The position numbers and the translations under genes were made by a program. Below, one piece after another: positions 25,765-39,893 of a stretch of DNA of 64,000 bases. The stretch spans positions 310,001 to 374,000 of the forward strand of contig JBODTK010000119.1 in NCBI GenBank assembly GCA_050613775.1, given 5' to 3'. The DNA comes from Neocallimastix sp. 'constans'. Lineage: Eukaryota. The notes beneath the pieces are model-generated. The model did not search any database and was not told the DNA's origin. It was given only the letters and a program-made list of their open reading frames with translations. Every line of letters begins with the position of its first letter. Position 1 is the stretch's first letter.

Positions 25765-25814
<50 letters not shown>

Positions 25815-26438
25815 ATTTAAAAAACAATATAATTTTGTCTTATCTTATTTATTTTTATGCATAATTTAATAAAAGAAAAATTATCTGTATTACAAATTAT
25901 AAGAAAAGAAATTTTTGCATTAAAATTAATATAAAAAGTTTGTTTTAATATTAGAAAAAATTTTATTTTTTTTTTTTTTTTTACTATAGTTTTTATTTTA
26001 AAATTTTTATATATAATAATATATATATAAATAATAATTTTCATATATAATATAATCAATCTTTATGTAAAAATTGATTATATTAATAAATAAATTACAA
26101 TAAAAACGAAAAAAAGTAGTAAAACAAAAAGTAATTTTATCTTATTTACTATTATACATAATTTAAAAATTATAAGAATTATTATACATAATTTAATAAA
26201 TTATAAGAAAAGAAGTTTTTGCATTAAAATTAATATAAAAAGCTTATTTTTTTATTATTTTTTTCTTTTTACAAAAATTCCCGCATAGTACAACTTGCCG
26301 AAATACATAGTATTTTCGAGCTTTTTTATTTTTTATTTTTTAATTTTTTTATTTTTAATTTCAAATGTACTTTTCACCTACATGTATTTTTTAAAATAAA
26401 ATTAATAAAGTTTTGGAAGTGTATTCTCTTCCCTGTCT

Positions 26439-26469
<31 letters not shown>

Positions 26470-28023
26470 TCTTTTTACAATAGTTTTATTTTAAAATTTT
26501 TTCATTAAAATTAATATAAAAAGTTTATTTTTTTTTTATTTTTTTCTAATATAATCAATCTTTATGTAAAAATTGATTATATTAATAAATAAATAATAAT
26601 AAAAGCAAAAACGTAGTAAAACAAAAATCAAATTTAAATAAATAGATAAATGGTATCTTTCATTATTATTTCATATTATGCAAATAATGTAATGAATAGG
26701 TTATTTATCGAAAATCATGTTAATATAAGTAATTTTCTGAATAATGAGTGTGTAAATATATATGTGACGTGGGAACGATTATATAACTTCCTTCTTGGTT
26801 GAAGAGATGTAAAAATTATTGATTTAAATTATAAAAAGGAAATGGGATGTTTTGTTTAATAACCAAATCATTTCTGGTGATTATTCTAAAACGCCATTCT
26901 TGGTACGATCTGAGGCTCTCTTTACAGAAATTATCCCAAGAACTAGTACTCGTCAAAGGTTACAAAGATTACTATTCCGACGGTATAAGCGCAAACTAGC
27001 CAGGAACGTCAGTGCTGAAAATACAGTAAGACAGACTAGCAGGGCCAATGCCTCTGAAAGAAAAGGCCAATAAATTTCTTTCAGATAGTCAATTTAAACC
27101 CTAATTCGGAATAATAGTTACTTTCTTAAAACAGAAATATTATAATTTGGAGACTCTGAACTTTTTTTCGGAATTTATTTATGCACATTACTTTTGAATA
27201 TTACTTTTTTTTTTTCACATTACTATTTAAATATTATTTGTACAATTAGAACACAATAATATTTTGAATAATAATGTGAAATAAAAAGTAATATTCAAAA
27301 ATAAAGTTTAAAGTTGTAATAATTGACGCAATAAAAAAAAAAAAGAAATATTTAAATGACTTTTATTGAATAATGAGACTGGCATTTACTATTAAATTAA
27401 ATTTTATAAAATTCAAATCATAATAATAAACCTCAAAATGTATAAAATATGATATGGTATGGTATAGTACGTTGGTTTGCAAAGTAAATTTAAAATAAAA
27501 TAAATATCATCCATTTCTTCTTTATCCATAACTTCTTCTTATAATAATAATTTTTGAATAAATAACTAATATATACATATATATATATTAAAGGTCATAT
27601 AACTAAAAAATTGAAATAATAATCCTTTCTATAATCAATAAAAACAAAAATCATCTTAAATAATCAATAAAAACAAAAATCATCTTAAAAATAATTATGA
27701 ATAAAAAAAATAAATAATAATATTTTTCTAATCCTTTCTATAAAAAAAAAACCTTTTAAAAATAATTATTCATAAAAAAAAAAAAAGTAAAATCTTTTAT
27801 ATCTTTTATTATTAATGGATACTATAATTATAATATCTTAAGTTCAAAATCTTACTAAATAAAGTTTATAGATTATTCTAATAAATCTTTTAATATAATA
27901 ATAATAAAAATAAAAATAATATAATATTAATATTTCAATAATAATAATTATTTATTATTATTATGGTAATATTAATTTATATTTAAAGCTTTATAAAAAA
28001 AAATTATAACTTTTCTTTCTTTC

Positions 28024-28054
<31 letters not shown>

Positions 28055-28121
28055 TAAAAAGAAAGTTAATATTAAATTATTTATTATATAATTATAATAT
28101 AATAATAATAATAATTATAAC

Positions 28122-28156
<35 letters not shown>

Positions 28157-28335
28157 CAATATAAACTTCTAAAAAAAAAAGTAAATTTCAATTACAAAGA
28201 AAAAAAAAAGTATTTCTTTTATTGACTTTTTATGAAATATTAAGAAAAAAATAAATAAATAAATAAATACCAACGCATAAAAACCATTAAAAATTAATCG
28301 ATTTTTTTCAAAAAATATTATAAATATATTTTTAA

Positions 28336-29154
28336 ATGGGTATTAAAGTATCTTTTTCCAGAATAAATAAACAATTTCAAAATGACGTTTCAAGATTAAT
28401 CACTGATAATCAATTACCAGTTCAAAATGAAGTTTTTTCGGAAAACGAATTCTCACACTTGCCTTCAACCATTCAAAAATATATAAAAAACTGTGGGTAT
28501 ATTGGAACTCCTAAGATGTCCTATCTTACTATGGAGTATCACAAAGTAGATTTTGCTCAAAGTAAGAAAGGACCAAATTTGAAAATTAATTATACCCAAT
28601 TTAATTTTATAAAAGAACCATGCCGTATGGCCTTTATTGATAGTAGTATGTTTGGCATTCCTTTTGAAGGATATGATTACTATGAAAATGGTATTGGTGG
28701 TATGAAAGGTGTCATTGCAAAAATAATAACCCTATTCGACCAAAAAGGGGAAGAAATGGATAAGGCTTGTTTAGCAACTTTTTTGGCAGAATGTTTCTTT
28801 GCCCCAACCATTTTATTACAAAAATATATTAAATTTGAAGAAATAAATGATTTCCAAGTTCGTGGAACCATTAAATTCCATGAACAAACAGCTACGGGTA
28901 TCTTCACTTTTAATGAACAGTATGAAATGATTTCCTTTACCACCAAAGATAGAGCAGCAACGTCAGGTGATGGTAAAATAGAATATATAGCATGGTCGGC
29001 TCTTTGTAGTAATTATCAAGTGGGAGAAAACGGTATTAAATATCCTACTAAATTTCAAGCCGTCTGGAATTATCCTGAAACAGATGGAGGTGATTTTATT
29101 TATTTTGATGGAGCTATCAGTAAAATATTATACGGCTTTGAACAAAAAAAATAA
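28336..29154 (+). CDS. DUF6544-like protein, intronless, bacterial-type
   Basis: 272-aa clean ORF; LPSTIQKYIKNCGYIGTP, FGIPFEGYDYY..G.G.MKG, LATFLAECFFAP..L, G.FTFNEQ.EM..F...R resemble my recollection of this bacterial family. Family call unverified. Confidence 0.7.
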   Translation: MGIKVSFSRINKQFQNDVSRLITDNQLPVQNEVFSENEFSHLPSTIQKYIKNCGYIGTPKMSYLTMEYHKVDFAQSKKGPNLKINYTQFNFIKEPCRMAFIDSSMFGIPFEGYDYYENGIGGMKGVIAKIITLFDQKGEEMDKACLATFLAECFFAPTILLQKYIKFEEINDFQVRGTIKFHEQTATGIFTFNEQYEMISFTTKDRAATSGDGKIEYIAWSALCSNYQVGENGIKYPTKFQAVWNYPETDGGDFIYFDGAISKILYGFEQKK

Positions 29155-29997
29155 AAATAAAAATAAATAAATAAATAAATAATTGATGTTTAACTTTGTT
29201 TTAAAAAAAAAAAAAAAAAAAAAAATTTGAAGCTTTTTAATATTTTTTTTTTTATTTTGAAAATCAAAAAATTTGAATTCAATAACAGAATATTATTAAT
29301 TATTATATTATTATATCTTTTTATTGTTATTATTATTACTATATTAATTTTTATTTATTATCCATTATTTTTTGAATTAATAAATATTACTAACTATTAT
29401 ATTAAATATAAATATCGTATCTAAAACGATAATATAATTTCATTTCAATAAATATAATTTTCATAATTATTATTATAACTAAAAATAAATAAAAAAAAAA
29501 AAAACATTAAGTTACTCCACAAAAATTCTTTATATATGTTATAATTTATATTAATTTTTATTTTTCTTATGTTTATTTGCTTATTTCCTTTTTTGGTTAA
29601 TTTTTTAATGGTAATGTTAATTAATATTTAAATTTAAAATAAAGATTTATATCAATTATTCCATTGAATAAAAAAAATATATATATATGTATATAATTTA
29701 CTAAATTTATTAAGTTAGTGGTAAAGATATGTTGTTAAATAACCACTTTTATTAATATATCAGTATTTGTTTTATTTTTATTTGTATACAAAAATATATA
29801 AATTAATAATAATAATAATAATAATTGATACAAAAATTTATATTATTTTAAGTTTATAAATTTTGTATTCTAAAGTTGCCTTTAATTCTTATTTTTAAAA
29901 GAGAATTATTTTACAACTTTTTATAAAATAAAAATAAATAATATTTGATTATTTATTTTTTTATAAATAACACAAAACAAATATAACAAAAATATAA

Positions 29998-30133
29998 AAT
30001 AAATATTTAAAACTTTTATTTATTTTATTTTTGTTAATACATCAAAAATACCATAAAAGTAGTTAAAGTATATTTTATTAAAAAAATATAACTTTTATTT
30101 ATTAACTAAGTAGCCTTTGTAACTTTTCTCTCT

Positions 30134-30177
<44 letters not shown>

Positions 30178-30315
30178 AATATTTAAAACTTTTATTTATT
30201 TTATTTTTGTTAATACATTAAAAATACCATAAAAGTAGTTTAAAGTATATTTTATTAAAAAATATAACTTTTATTTATTAACTAAGTAGCCTTTGTAACT
30301 TTTCTCTCTAATTTT
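29998..30315. repeat. Direct duplication of ~140 bp separated by a poly(T) run
   Basis: AAATATTTAAAACTTTT...AAGTAGCCTTTGTAACTTTTCTCTCTAATTTT occurs twice. Confidence 0.9.
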
Positions 30316-30545
30316 AAAAGTTCCTTTTTTTTTTTTTTTTTTTTATTTATTTATTTAATAAATTTCATTTTTTTAAGAATAATAAAGTTTTTAATATTTA
30401 TATATTTTTAGAAATATAATATATTTTAATATATTATATTATATCATAAAAATATAATTTTAATATATACATTTAATAATTTGTGTACAATTTGTATTTG
30501 TTTATTTTTTTATAAAAATTCATGACATTTTTATAATTCTTTATC

Positions 30546-30609
<64 letters not shown>

Positions 30610-30855
30610 GTAAAATTAGTTTTTGAATCATTTAATATCAAAAAATTTAAAGCAATATTATGTGAATTGAGTTCTATTTAATATATATTTTTCCTTATTA
30701 TTATAAATAATAATAATGTTATTTTTCTTGTTATATAAAAATTAAGTTTTAATGAAAATAAAAAAAAAAAATAAAGATTTTTTAGTAAAATAGATTTAAT
30801 ATTTTTTAAAATTCAAATATAAATAAAATCTTAAAAAGGTTTCATATAATATTAA

Positions 30856-30905
<50 letters not shown>

Positions 30906-30928
30906 AAAATAAAAATAAAAAAAATTTT

Positions 30929-30967
<39 letters not shown>

Positions 30968-31319
30968 TAAGTTGGCTTTATTTTATTATTTAAAAAAAAA
31001 ATTTATAAAGTTTCTCATTTTATTTATATATTATTTCTTATTCATATGCATTAATGTACTTTATTATTAATTTTTTTTTATTTAATTATTATATATATAT
31101 TATTATTGTATATATTAAAATTAATAATTAGAATGAATATTATTTTATTGTAAATAATATTTATATTAAAATATTTATTAGAACTAAAGCTTAATATTAA
31201 TATATAAATTGGTATATTCGAAAATATAATTATTTTATATCTTCTATTAAATTTAATAATAATATATATTTATTAAAAAGTAAAATTATGGTATATTTAA
31301 TATTTATAATTTAATAAAT

Positions 31320-31975
31320 TTAAAGGGCTTCATGGAAAGTTCTTGCTATAACTTTTGTTGACTTGGTGATAACAAACAAAGTGAATGGCATATCCAGGAA
31401 CACGAAATAGTTAAATTTGGATAGTTTTCTGGATGAATCATTGCATCTTCTAATGTTTCTCATAATAAAACATTAATAATTATATGGAAACCTACTTGAG
31501 CAAAAAATCAACAATAACTGAAATCCATCTTCATTTAACTTAATATCTCCGTTCAATTTGTTATTATTCTACTCTTTCATCATTTCCATGATTGAAAACA
31601 TAAAGCAAAGGTTTTAGCTATTTTATATCGTACTCTGAAGAACTACATATCATTATCAACTCTCATTTGAGAAACATAACAAGCATAGGAAAATCATCCT
31701 CTAATATATTGTTCATGAGATTTTTCACTTTGATATTGAATTGAAGATGTATCAATAAAAAAATTTTATTATACAAAATTCTTAAATGATGTTGGAAACA
31801 CATTATTCTATAAAAACTATTATATTTTATTCTGGTGTAGCTTCAATATGTTCAAAGAATATTAACAATACGATATGATGCTTTTTTAACTAATGCTCTT
31901 TCATAACCTAATTTTAATTAATTAATTTTTGAGCTTCACCTTCATTTAAAAAGTCCTTTCTTCATATGATACTGT
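31320..31975 (-). pseudogene. pflB: Pyruvate formate-lyase (glycyl radical enzyme) relic with large internal deletions
   Basis: Minus-strand fragments in PFL order: EGEAQKLI, RALVKKASYRI, IDTSSIQYQS...FSYACYVSQMRV..DM*FF (cf. IACCVSAM..GK.MQFF), LYVFNHGNDER, then ETLEDAMIHPENYPNLT(I)RVPGYAIHF...QQKVIARTFHEAL* (glycyl-radical loop at 31387-31404). Absent from the ORF track. Confidence 0.9.
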
Positions 31976-32006
31976 ATCAATTTTTATTTTTAACATTTAT
32001 TTCATT

Positions 32007-34616
32007 TTAAATTAAATATTTTATTATATTTTTATTTCTACTATTACATGCATAAAATAATGGTGTTTTACCATAACAATTTTCAATATTTATATTAGCT
32101 CCAAGCTCAATTAAATATTTTATTACTTTTTCATTTCCACTTTTACATGCATAAAATAATGATGTCTCACCATTTTTGTTTTCTTTATTCACATCAGCTC
32201 CAAGTTCAATTAAATATTTTATTACAATTCCATTTTTATTTTCACACGCATTAATTAATGGTGTTTTACCAATATTATTATATTTATTTACATTGGCTCC
32301 AAGTTCAATTAAATATTTTATTACATTTTTATTTCCACTTTTACAGGCATAAAATAATGGTGTTTCACCGCTTTTGCTTTCTTTATTAACATCAGCTCCA
32401 AGTTCAATTAAATATTTTATTATATTTTCATTTCCACTTTTACAGGCATAAAATAAAGGTGTTTCACCATTCTTGTTTTCTTTATTAATATCAGCTCCAA
32501 GTTCAATTAAATATTTTATTATATTTTCATTTCCACTTTTACAGGCATAAAATAAAGGTGTTTCACCATTCTTGTTTTCTTTATTAATATCAGCTCCAAG
32601 TTCAATTAAATATTTTATTATATTTTCATTTCCTCTTTCACACGTATGAAATAATGCTGTCTTATGATAACGATTTTCTTTATTTATATTTGCTCCTAGT
32701 TCAACTAAATATTTTATTACATATTCATTTCCACTTTCACATGCATAAATTAATGGTGTTTTACCATTATTATTTTCTTTATTTACATCAGCTCCATGTT
32801 CAACTAAATATTTTATTATATTTCCATTTCTACTTTTACAAGCATAAAATAAAGGTGTTTCACCATTCTTGTTTTCTTTATTTATATCGGCTCCAAGTTC
32901 AATTAAATATTTAATTATATTTTCATTTCCTTTTTCACATGTACTAATTAATGGCGTTTTACCATTATTACTTTCTTTATTTATATCTGATCCATGCTCA
33001 ATTAAATATTTTATTATATTTTCATTTCCACTTTCACATGCATAAAATAATGGTGTTTCATGACGATAGTTTTCTTTATATATATCTGCTCCAAGTTCAA
33101 TTAAACATTTTACTATGTTTTTATTTCCACTTTTACATGCATAAAACAATGATGTTTCATCACAATAGTTTCCTTTATTTATATCTGCTCCAAGTTCAAT
33201 TAAATATTTTATGATATTTTCATTTCCACTTTCACATACATAAATTAATGGTGTTTTATCGAAATGATTTTCTTTATTTATATCGGCTCCTAATTCAGTT
33301 AAATATTTTATTATATTTAAATTTTCACTTTTACAAGCATAAATTAATGGTGTTTTACCATAACGATTTTCTTTATTTACATCAGCTCCGAGTTCAATTA
33401 AATATTTTATTATATTTTTATTTCCACTTTCACATGCATAAATTAATGGTGTTTTTCCATTGTTACTTTCTTTATTTATATCAGCTCCAAGTTCAATTAA
33501 ATATTTTATTAGATTTTCAGTTCCACTTTCACATACATAAATTAATGGTGTTTTATGGTAACAGTCCTCCTTATTTATATCAGCTCCATGTTCAACAAGA
33601 TATCTTATTACATATTCATTTCCATTTTTACATGCATAAAATAATGGTGTTTCACCAACATTATTTACTTTATTTACATCAGCTCTAAGTTCAATTAAAT
33701 ATTTTATTATATTTTCATTTCCACTTTCACATGCATAAAATAATGGTGTTTCATGACGACAATTTTCTTTACATATATCTGCTCCAAGTTCAATTAAATA
33801 TTTTACTATGTTTTTATTTCCACTTTTACATGCATAAAATAATGATGTTTCATCACAGTAATTCTCAATATTTATATCAGCTCCAAGTTTAATTAAATAT
33901 TTTATTATATTTTCACTTCCATTTTCACATGAATAAAATAATGGGGTATTTCCTTTTTTATTTCTTATATTTAAATTTACTCCATTTTTAATTAAATATT
34001 TTACTATATTTTCGCTTCCACTTTCACATGCATAAAATAACGGGGTTTTACAATCTACTTCATCTTTATTGATATTCGATCCATGCTCTTTTAAATATTT
34101 AAGTAAATGTATATTATCATCATGGCATACCTTAAATAAATATGGATTTTTAGATTTGTAATAAACTTTATCAAGTTTTGAAATACTATATTTTTTATTG
34201 GAAATTTGTTGATTTAAATAGATTAAAGGTATTATTGTTTGATTTCTATATTGAAAAAGTAGCCATTTAATGAATTCATTATCATAAAATTTAAAATTAT
34301 TAAAAATAATTTCTAATAGGTCATTATTATTATCTTTTATTAATGCTTTCATTAAAGAGGATGATATATATAAAGAATTGTTATAATTTTCAATAATAAA
34401 ACTTAGTTTCTCAGAAGTAAGCAATTTTTTATTATAAATTTCAAATACAATATCTCTTTTATTAATGCATTTGCTATTATCATTGTTCATAAAATTTGTT
34501 ATGGTATCAAGATTTCTAGTATCAATAGCTTTTATAAATAAATTCAGTTGAAAATCAACATTTGACTTTTTTATATCATACATATTTAATTTGTATTTAT
34601 TTTCTTGATAATTCAT
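32007..34616 (-). CDS. Ankyrin-repeat protein, about 21 tandem 33-aa repeats, intronless
   Basis: Repeated GETPLFYACKSGNENIIKYLIELGADINKE units; first ATG at 34616; ends mid-repeat. Confidence 0.92.
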   Translation of the reverse strand: MNYQENKYKLNMYDIKKSNVDFQLNLFIKAIDTRNLDTITNFMNNDNSKCINKRDIVFEIYNKKLLTSEKLSFIIENYNNSLYISSSLMKALIKDNNNDLLEIIFNNFKFYDNEFIKWLLFQYRNQTIIPLIYLNQQISNKKYSISKLDKVYYKSKNPYLFKVCHDDNIHLLKYLKEHGSNINKDEVDCKTPLFYACESGSENIVKYLIKNGVNLNIRNKKGNTPLFYSCENGSENIIKYLIKLGADINIENYCDETSLFYACKSGNKNIVKYLIELGADICKENCRHETPLFYACESGNENIIKYLIELRADVNKVNNVGETPLFYACKNGNEYVIRYLVEHGADINKEDCYHKTPLIYVCESGTENLIKYLIELGADINKESNNGKTPLIYACESGNKNIIKYLIELGADVNKENRYGKTPLIYACKSENLNIIKYLTELGADINKENHFDKTPLIYVCESGNENIIKYLIELGADINKGNYCDETSLFYACKSGNKNIVKCLIELGADIYKENYRHETPLFYACESGNENIIKYLIEHGSDINKESNNGKTPLISTCEKGNENIIKYLIELGADINKENKNGETPLFYACKSRNGNIIKYLVEHGADVNKENNNGKTPLIYACESGNEYVIKYLVELGANINKENRYHKTALFHTCERGNENIIKYLIELGADINKENKNGETPLFYACKSGNENIIKYLIELGADINKENKNGETPLFYACKSGNENIIKYLIELGADVNKESKSGETPLFYACKSGNKNVIKYLIELGANVNKYNNIGKTPLINACENKNGIVIKYLIELGADVNKENKNGETSLFYACKSGNEKVIKYLIELGANINIENCYGKTPLFYACNSRNKNIIKYLI

Positions 34617-34943
34617 TAGAAAATTCAAACAGTATAATTATTTGATAATCTATTCAAATTTAAAATTGTATATATATATATAGAGAGAGAAATTAACTGC
34701 TTTTAACAAAAAACTTACTATTTATTATAAATTATTATTTTTTTTTTTTTTTTTTTATTTTTTCATATTTTTTTTTAAGTGATTATGATTGATTGAATAA
34801 ATAAATAAATAAATTTTCTTTTCAATAATATATATACTAAAAAAAAAATTTATGTCCATAACTCAAATTTTTAGAAAAAATTAATAATCTAATTATATAT
34901 AGAAATATCATATACATAATTTGAATATTTTTACTTTAGTTCC

Positions 34944-34974
<31 letters not shown>

Positions 34975-36504
34975 TTTATAGATATTCAATAAAGACCTAA
35001 TATTTTTCTAATAAAATTTTCATTAATTAGAAATATAAAATATAATGAATTATTTTTAATGTAATAAAATTAAATAAGAAAAAAATACCTTCAATAAAAA
35101 TTAAATATATAATTTTTATTAGTTATATAAATAAAAATATTTTAATAATTAAAATTTAATAATTATTTCAATATTAAAATATTTTAACTCAAAATTAATA
35201 ATTATATAATTTAAATTTTTATTTACATTATTAACAAATAATTTTTTTAAATAAATCATGCAGAATTTTTTTTTTTTTATTTTTAGTTCCACTTTTATAT
35301 GTATATTTAAATTTATTTTAATTTAATTTAATTTTATTTTATTTTTCTTTTTTTTATTTTATTTTATTGTATCTATGCTTTTCTTATATTCTACTATTTA
35401 TTTTATTTTATATTTTATCTGTACTTTTCTTATATTCTACTATTTATTTTATTTTTTATTATTATTTAATTTTTTTATAGTCATTACTTTAATATTTTAA
35501 TCTCTTTAATTCTATTTCCTTTATTAAAAAAAATTAATATTATAATGTTTTATTAATAATGAATTTTTTTTTTTACCTCAGTATTATATTGCTTGAAACC
35601 TTTTTATTTATAATCTAAATAATTATTTTAATTAAAATAAAAATTATTAATGAATAAAAAACTTTAATCACATTTAAGAACAATTTTTATTAGGATTAAT
35701 TTTAATTTAAATAAAAATCATTAATGAGTAAAAAAGTTTAAATTATAAATAAAAACAATTTTTATAAGGATTAATTTTAAATAAAATAAAAAGAATAAAC
35801 AAATAAAAGAATGAAAAAATGAAGTAATGAAAAAAAAAAAATGTAGTTACACATTTTTTTAGATCGATCTATTTTTTGCATTTTAATTTTATTTATAATT
35901 TTTTTTTTTTTTTTTTGTACTATAATATGAATATATAAATACGTAATAAAAATATATAATAAGCTTTTTTGAAATTTGATAAATTAAAATTTATATATAA
36001 TAAATTACATATATAATAAGATATTAAAACTTTATATTCTATTAATGTAATATTTAATATTATATATTTTAAAATATTATAAGTTATTTTTATATAAATA
36101 TCTGTACTAAAATTTAATATATACAAATTTACAATAATTATTTATGACTTTTAAAGTTGAGGAATAAATGAACATAATTATTAATATTATGAATTACTCA
36201 ATATATAATATATAAAAGTTATTCATAAAATTTTTCTTATTCTGTATCTTAAATGATCTTATTTTAGATTTTATTGAACAATGTGGATTAAATCATAAAT
36301 ATAAGTTTTATATTCCTTTTAATTTATTTTAGTTTTTCTATTCAACAATAAGTAATTGAATATAATTAAATAAATAATATAAAAAATAAATTGCGTAAAA
36401 TAAATTGAATTGTGGAATACGATAAAGAAGCATAATATTAATAAATATAAAATTAAAATAAATACTAATAAATAAGAATAAAATATATAAAATATTATTA
36501 AAAT

Positions 36505-36820
36505 AATAAATAAATAATAAATAATAAGAAATAAGAAATAAAAAATAAAAATAAGAAATAAGATATAAGATATAAGAAATAAATAAGAAATAAGATATAA
36601 GATATAAGATATAAGATATAAGATATAAGAAATAAATAAGAAATAAAAAATAAAAAATAAGAAATAAGAAATAAGAAATAAGAAATAAGAAATAAGAAAT
36701 AAATAAGAAATAAAAAATAAAAAATAAGAAATAAATAAGAAATAAATAATAAATAATAAATAATAAATAATAAATAATAAATAATAAATAATAAATAATA
36801 AATAATAAATAATAATAATA
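36505..36820. repeat. Compound heptamer satellite (AAATAAG / GATATAA / AAATAAT)
   Basis: Blocks of 7-mer variants differing by single substitutions. Confidence 0.9.
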
Positions 36821-37793
36821 TAGTAATTACATGTTAATAGTGGATAATAACAAAATAATTGTAAACAAAAATAGTAGTTGATTTTTAATATATAATATTT
36901 ATAACTTTTGATAATAGTTGTATATGTATATATATTTTTTTACTGCACTCCATATATTAATAATATATTAATCAATACTTTAATTATTTTAAATAATATC
37001 ATTTTATTAAAGCAAAACGTTTTATTTTAAATAACTAAATAAATTAATATAAATAAATAATAATTATAAAATACTCTATTTCATGTTATAACGAAATAAT
37101 AATAATAAAATAATAAGAATTGAATATTTAATATAAATAAAAAAAATAATAAATATTTTTGTTATTAAAATATAAATAATTTATATTATAATTTTAGTAT
37201 TAAATATTTTTATATATTTTTTATATTATTATATTTGTTATTACTTCTTTTATATTTTCTTTGAAATTTTTATATCTGTATATAATTTGAATATAATTAT
37301 GTATTGATAATTTTGTTAATATCATCATAATTCATTTATATAATAAAATTGTGTAATATTAAATATAATTAATTATTAATATTACATATATAATTCTATT
37401 TATATTATTAGAATTTCATATTTCATGCAATTGATTTTGATATTACTAATTGAGTTAGACGTGTATTTATTTTTTATTATAAATGAACACTATAATTAGT
37501 TTTTATATGAATCATTGAATTTTTTAAAAAGCAACTAATTAGTTAAATTATTTTTATTTATTATTTTATTTTATATTATTTTACTTTATTTTAATATTAT
37601 CATAATAAGCATAATTAAAAAAAATAATAATAATAAAGCTAAAAAAAAAAAAAATACCAATAAAATGAAGTTTATAGATCACAGTCAAAATATATATTCA
37701 ATTAATTATTTTATAAATGTAATATAATTTTACACATTTTTATTTTTTTATTTTTTTTTATTCAATTTTGTATATTTATATATATATATATAT

Positions 37794-37824
<31 letters not shown>

Positions 37825-39893
37825 TTATATATGTATCTCTTTTTTTTAAAAAAATTTTTTTTACTAAAAAAAAAAAAAAAGAAATGGATAAATTTAATAT
37901 AATCAATTCTTCATTAATATTTTGACTTTATTGATTTTTAATTTAGAGATGAATTCTTAATTAAATGTTTCTATAAAAAGAAATTCAATTAAATAAAAAA
38001 ACACTTTTACAGAAAATTTACATGTAATTAAATAATTTTAGCCAATAAAATTAAATTTGATTACTGATACATTAACTATATATATAAATTTTAAATATAT
38101 ATATAATATATAGATATAATATATTAGCATATATTAAATTATTTAAAATTTTCATTTTTTTTTTTTAAGAAATTATTATAAAAAATTATTAAAAAATTAT
38201 TATTATTATTATAAAATTATTACTATAAAACTATTACTATAAAATGACCAAAATTTTTATTCTTTTTTTTTTTTTTTTTTGAACAATAATTTATAATATA
38301 TACATTATTTAATATATACAAGATTTACGATAAATTTCTTTAATATAATACTTTTTTTGAGAATATGAATTGTATTATACAAAATTAATTAGAAAAAAGT
38401 TATAGTTATCATTATTTATTGAAAGAAAATAACATTGTATATTATTTTCTTAAAGAATCATTAAAATTTTAATTGTTTTTTATTCAAATATCATTGATTC
38501 TTTATTATAGTTACTATTTTATTTATTATCATACCTTTAAATAAGAAATTAAATTATTACAGTAAAAATAAAACTGAATGATGAAGAACTGTAACTTTTA
38601 TTTATATTTTAATTGTAAATACTAATTAACTTTTACTTTATTGCACATATATTTAAAAATGAACTTTTTTTTATATTTTCCTGACTAGTGATTTTTACTT
38701 AATATTTAATTATACTAAAAATTAAAAAATTAATATAAATTTCTGTATTATATTTAAATAATATGACATTTAAATATATTTAAAAAAAAAATTTTTTTAA
38801 TTTAAATACAATGTTTAGGGAAAAAAATACAAATTATTTATTATATATATATAATAAAAATGTTATACATAAGTATTTATAAAGTCTTTTTTTATGGAAC
38901 ATTTTTACATTTATATATATGTTGTATTAATTTAAATCTGAATTGTATTAATATTATAATAATATTAATTTATAGATTATGTTCCATTAAATATTATAAC
39001 TTTATTGTGTGACCATCTTAACTTTTTTTATTTTACTTAAATGATTTTTTTTTAAAAAAAAAAAAAAAAAAAAATTCAATATATTTAATTTCTATTAAAT
39101 AAAATATATTGTAATATATTGTAATATAATATATAGTATATTAATAAAATTTTTTTTAAAAAAAAAAAATTTTTTTAAATAGAACAAAAGATTTTTATCT
39201 TTTATTCTTCTCTTTACTTCAAAATAATAAAATAAAATAAAATAAAAAATTTTAAACATAATATTATTATTTATTATTTATTTTTAATTATTTCTTTATA
39301 TAATAAGTTTAATATAAAAAAATAAAAACTATTTAAAATAATATATCCAAAAAACTAATATATAATACAATTTTGATGTTTAAAGCAACTTATCTTTTAT
39401 AATAAACTAATTCAAATAACTCTATCTGTTTCAACTATTATAAAAGATTAGTTATAATTCAATATTTAAAATCATAATAAAATAAACAAATATTAATTAA
39501 TATAAAGTAATATTCAAATTTTGGAATTTCTTTAAAGAAAAAAATTTTTTTTTTCATTTTTTAAGCAACAAACAAAAAATATAATAATTAAATTTATACT
39601 ATAAAATAATTTAAATTTATTTTCAATAATATTTGTAAGTTTTATATGTTTTATATCTTAATATTAATATTTTAATTTTTTTTTTTTTCATTTATGGAAC
39701 AATTATAAATATTACAACAATAAAAAATTATAACGAAATAGTTTTTCTTTTGTTGTTTTCTAGCTGAATTAATAAATACAATAAATATTTCTATTAAAAG
39801 TTTTAAATTATATATATAATATTAATATTAATATATATATATATATTTTCATTTTGAAATGATAGGTGATAATAAAATAAATAAAAAAAAAAA

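Noticed and set aside
31640..31760. PD-(D/E)xK nuclease-like reading of QYQS...YA
   Set aside because: Flanking motifs match pyruvate formate-lyase colinearly.
32654..33688. Plus-strand ORFs inside the ankyrin gene (also antisense ORFs within 3290-3838, 9863-11590, 28336-29154, 53887-60608)
   Set aside because: Shadow frames of real coding sequence on the opposite strand.
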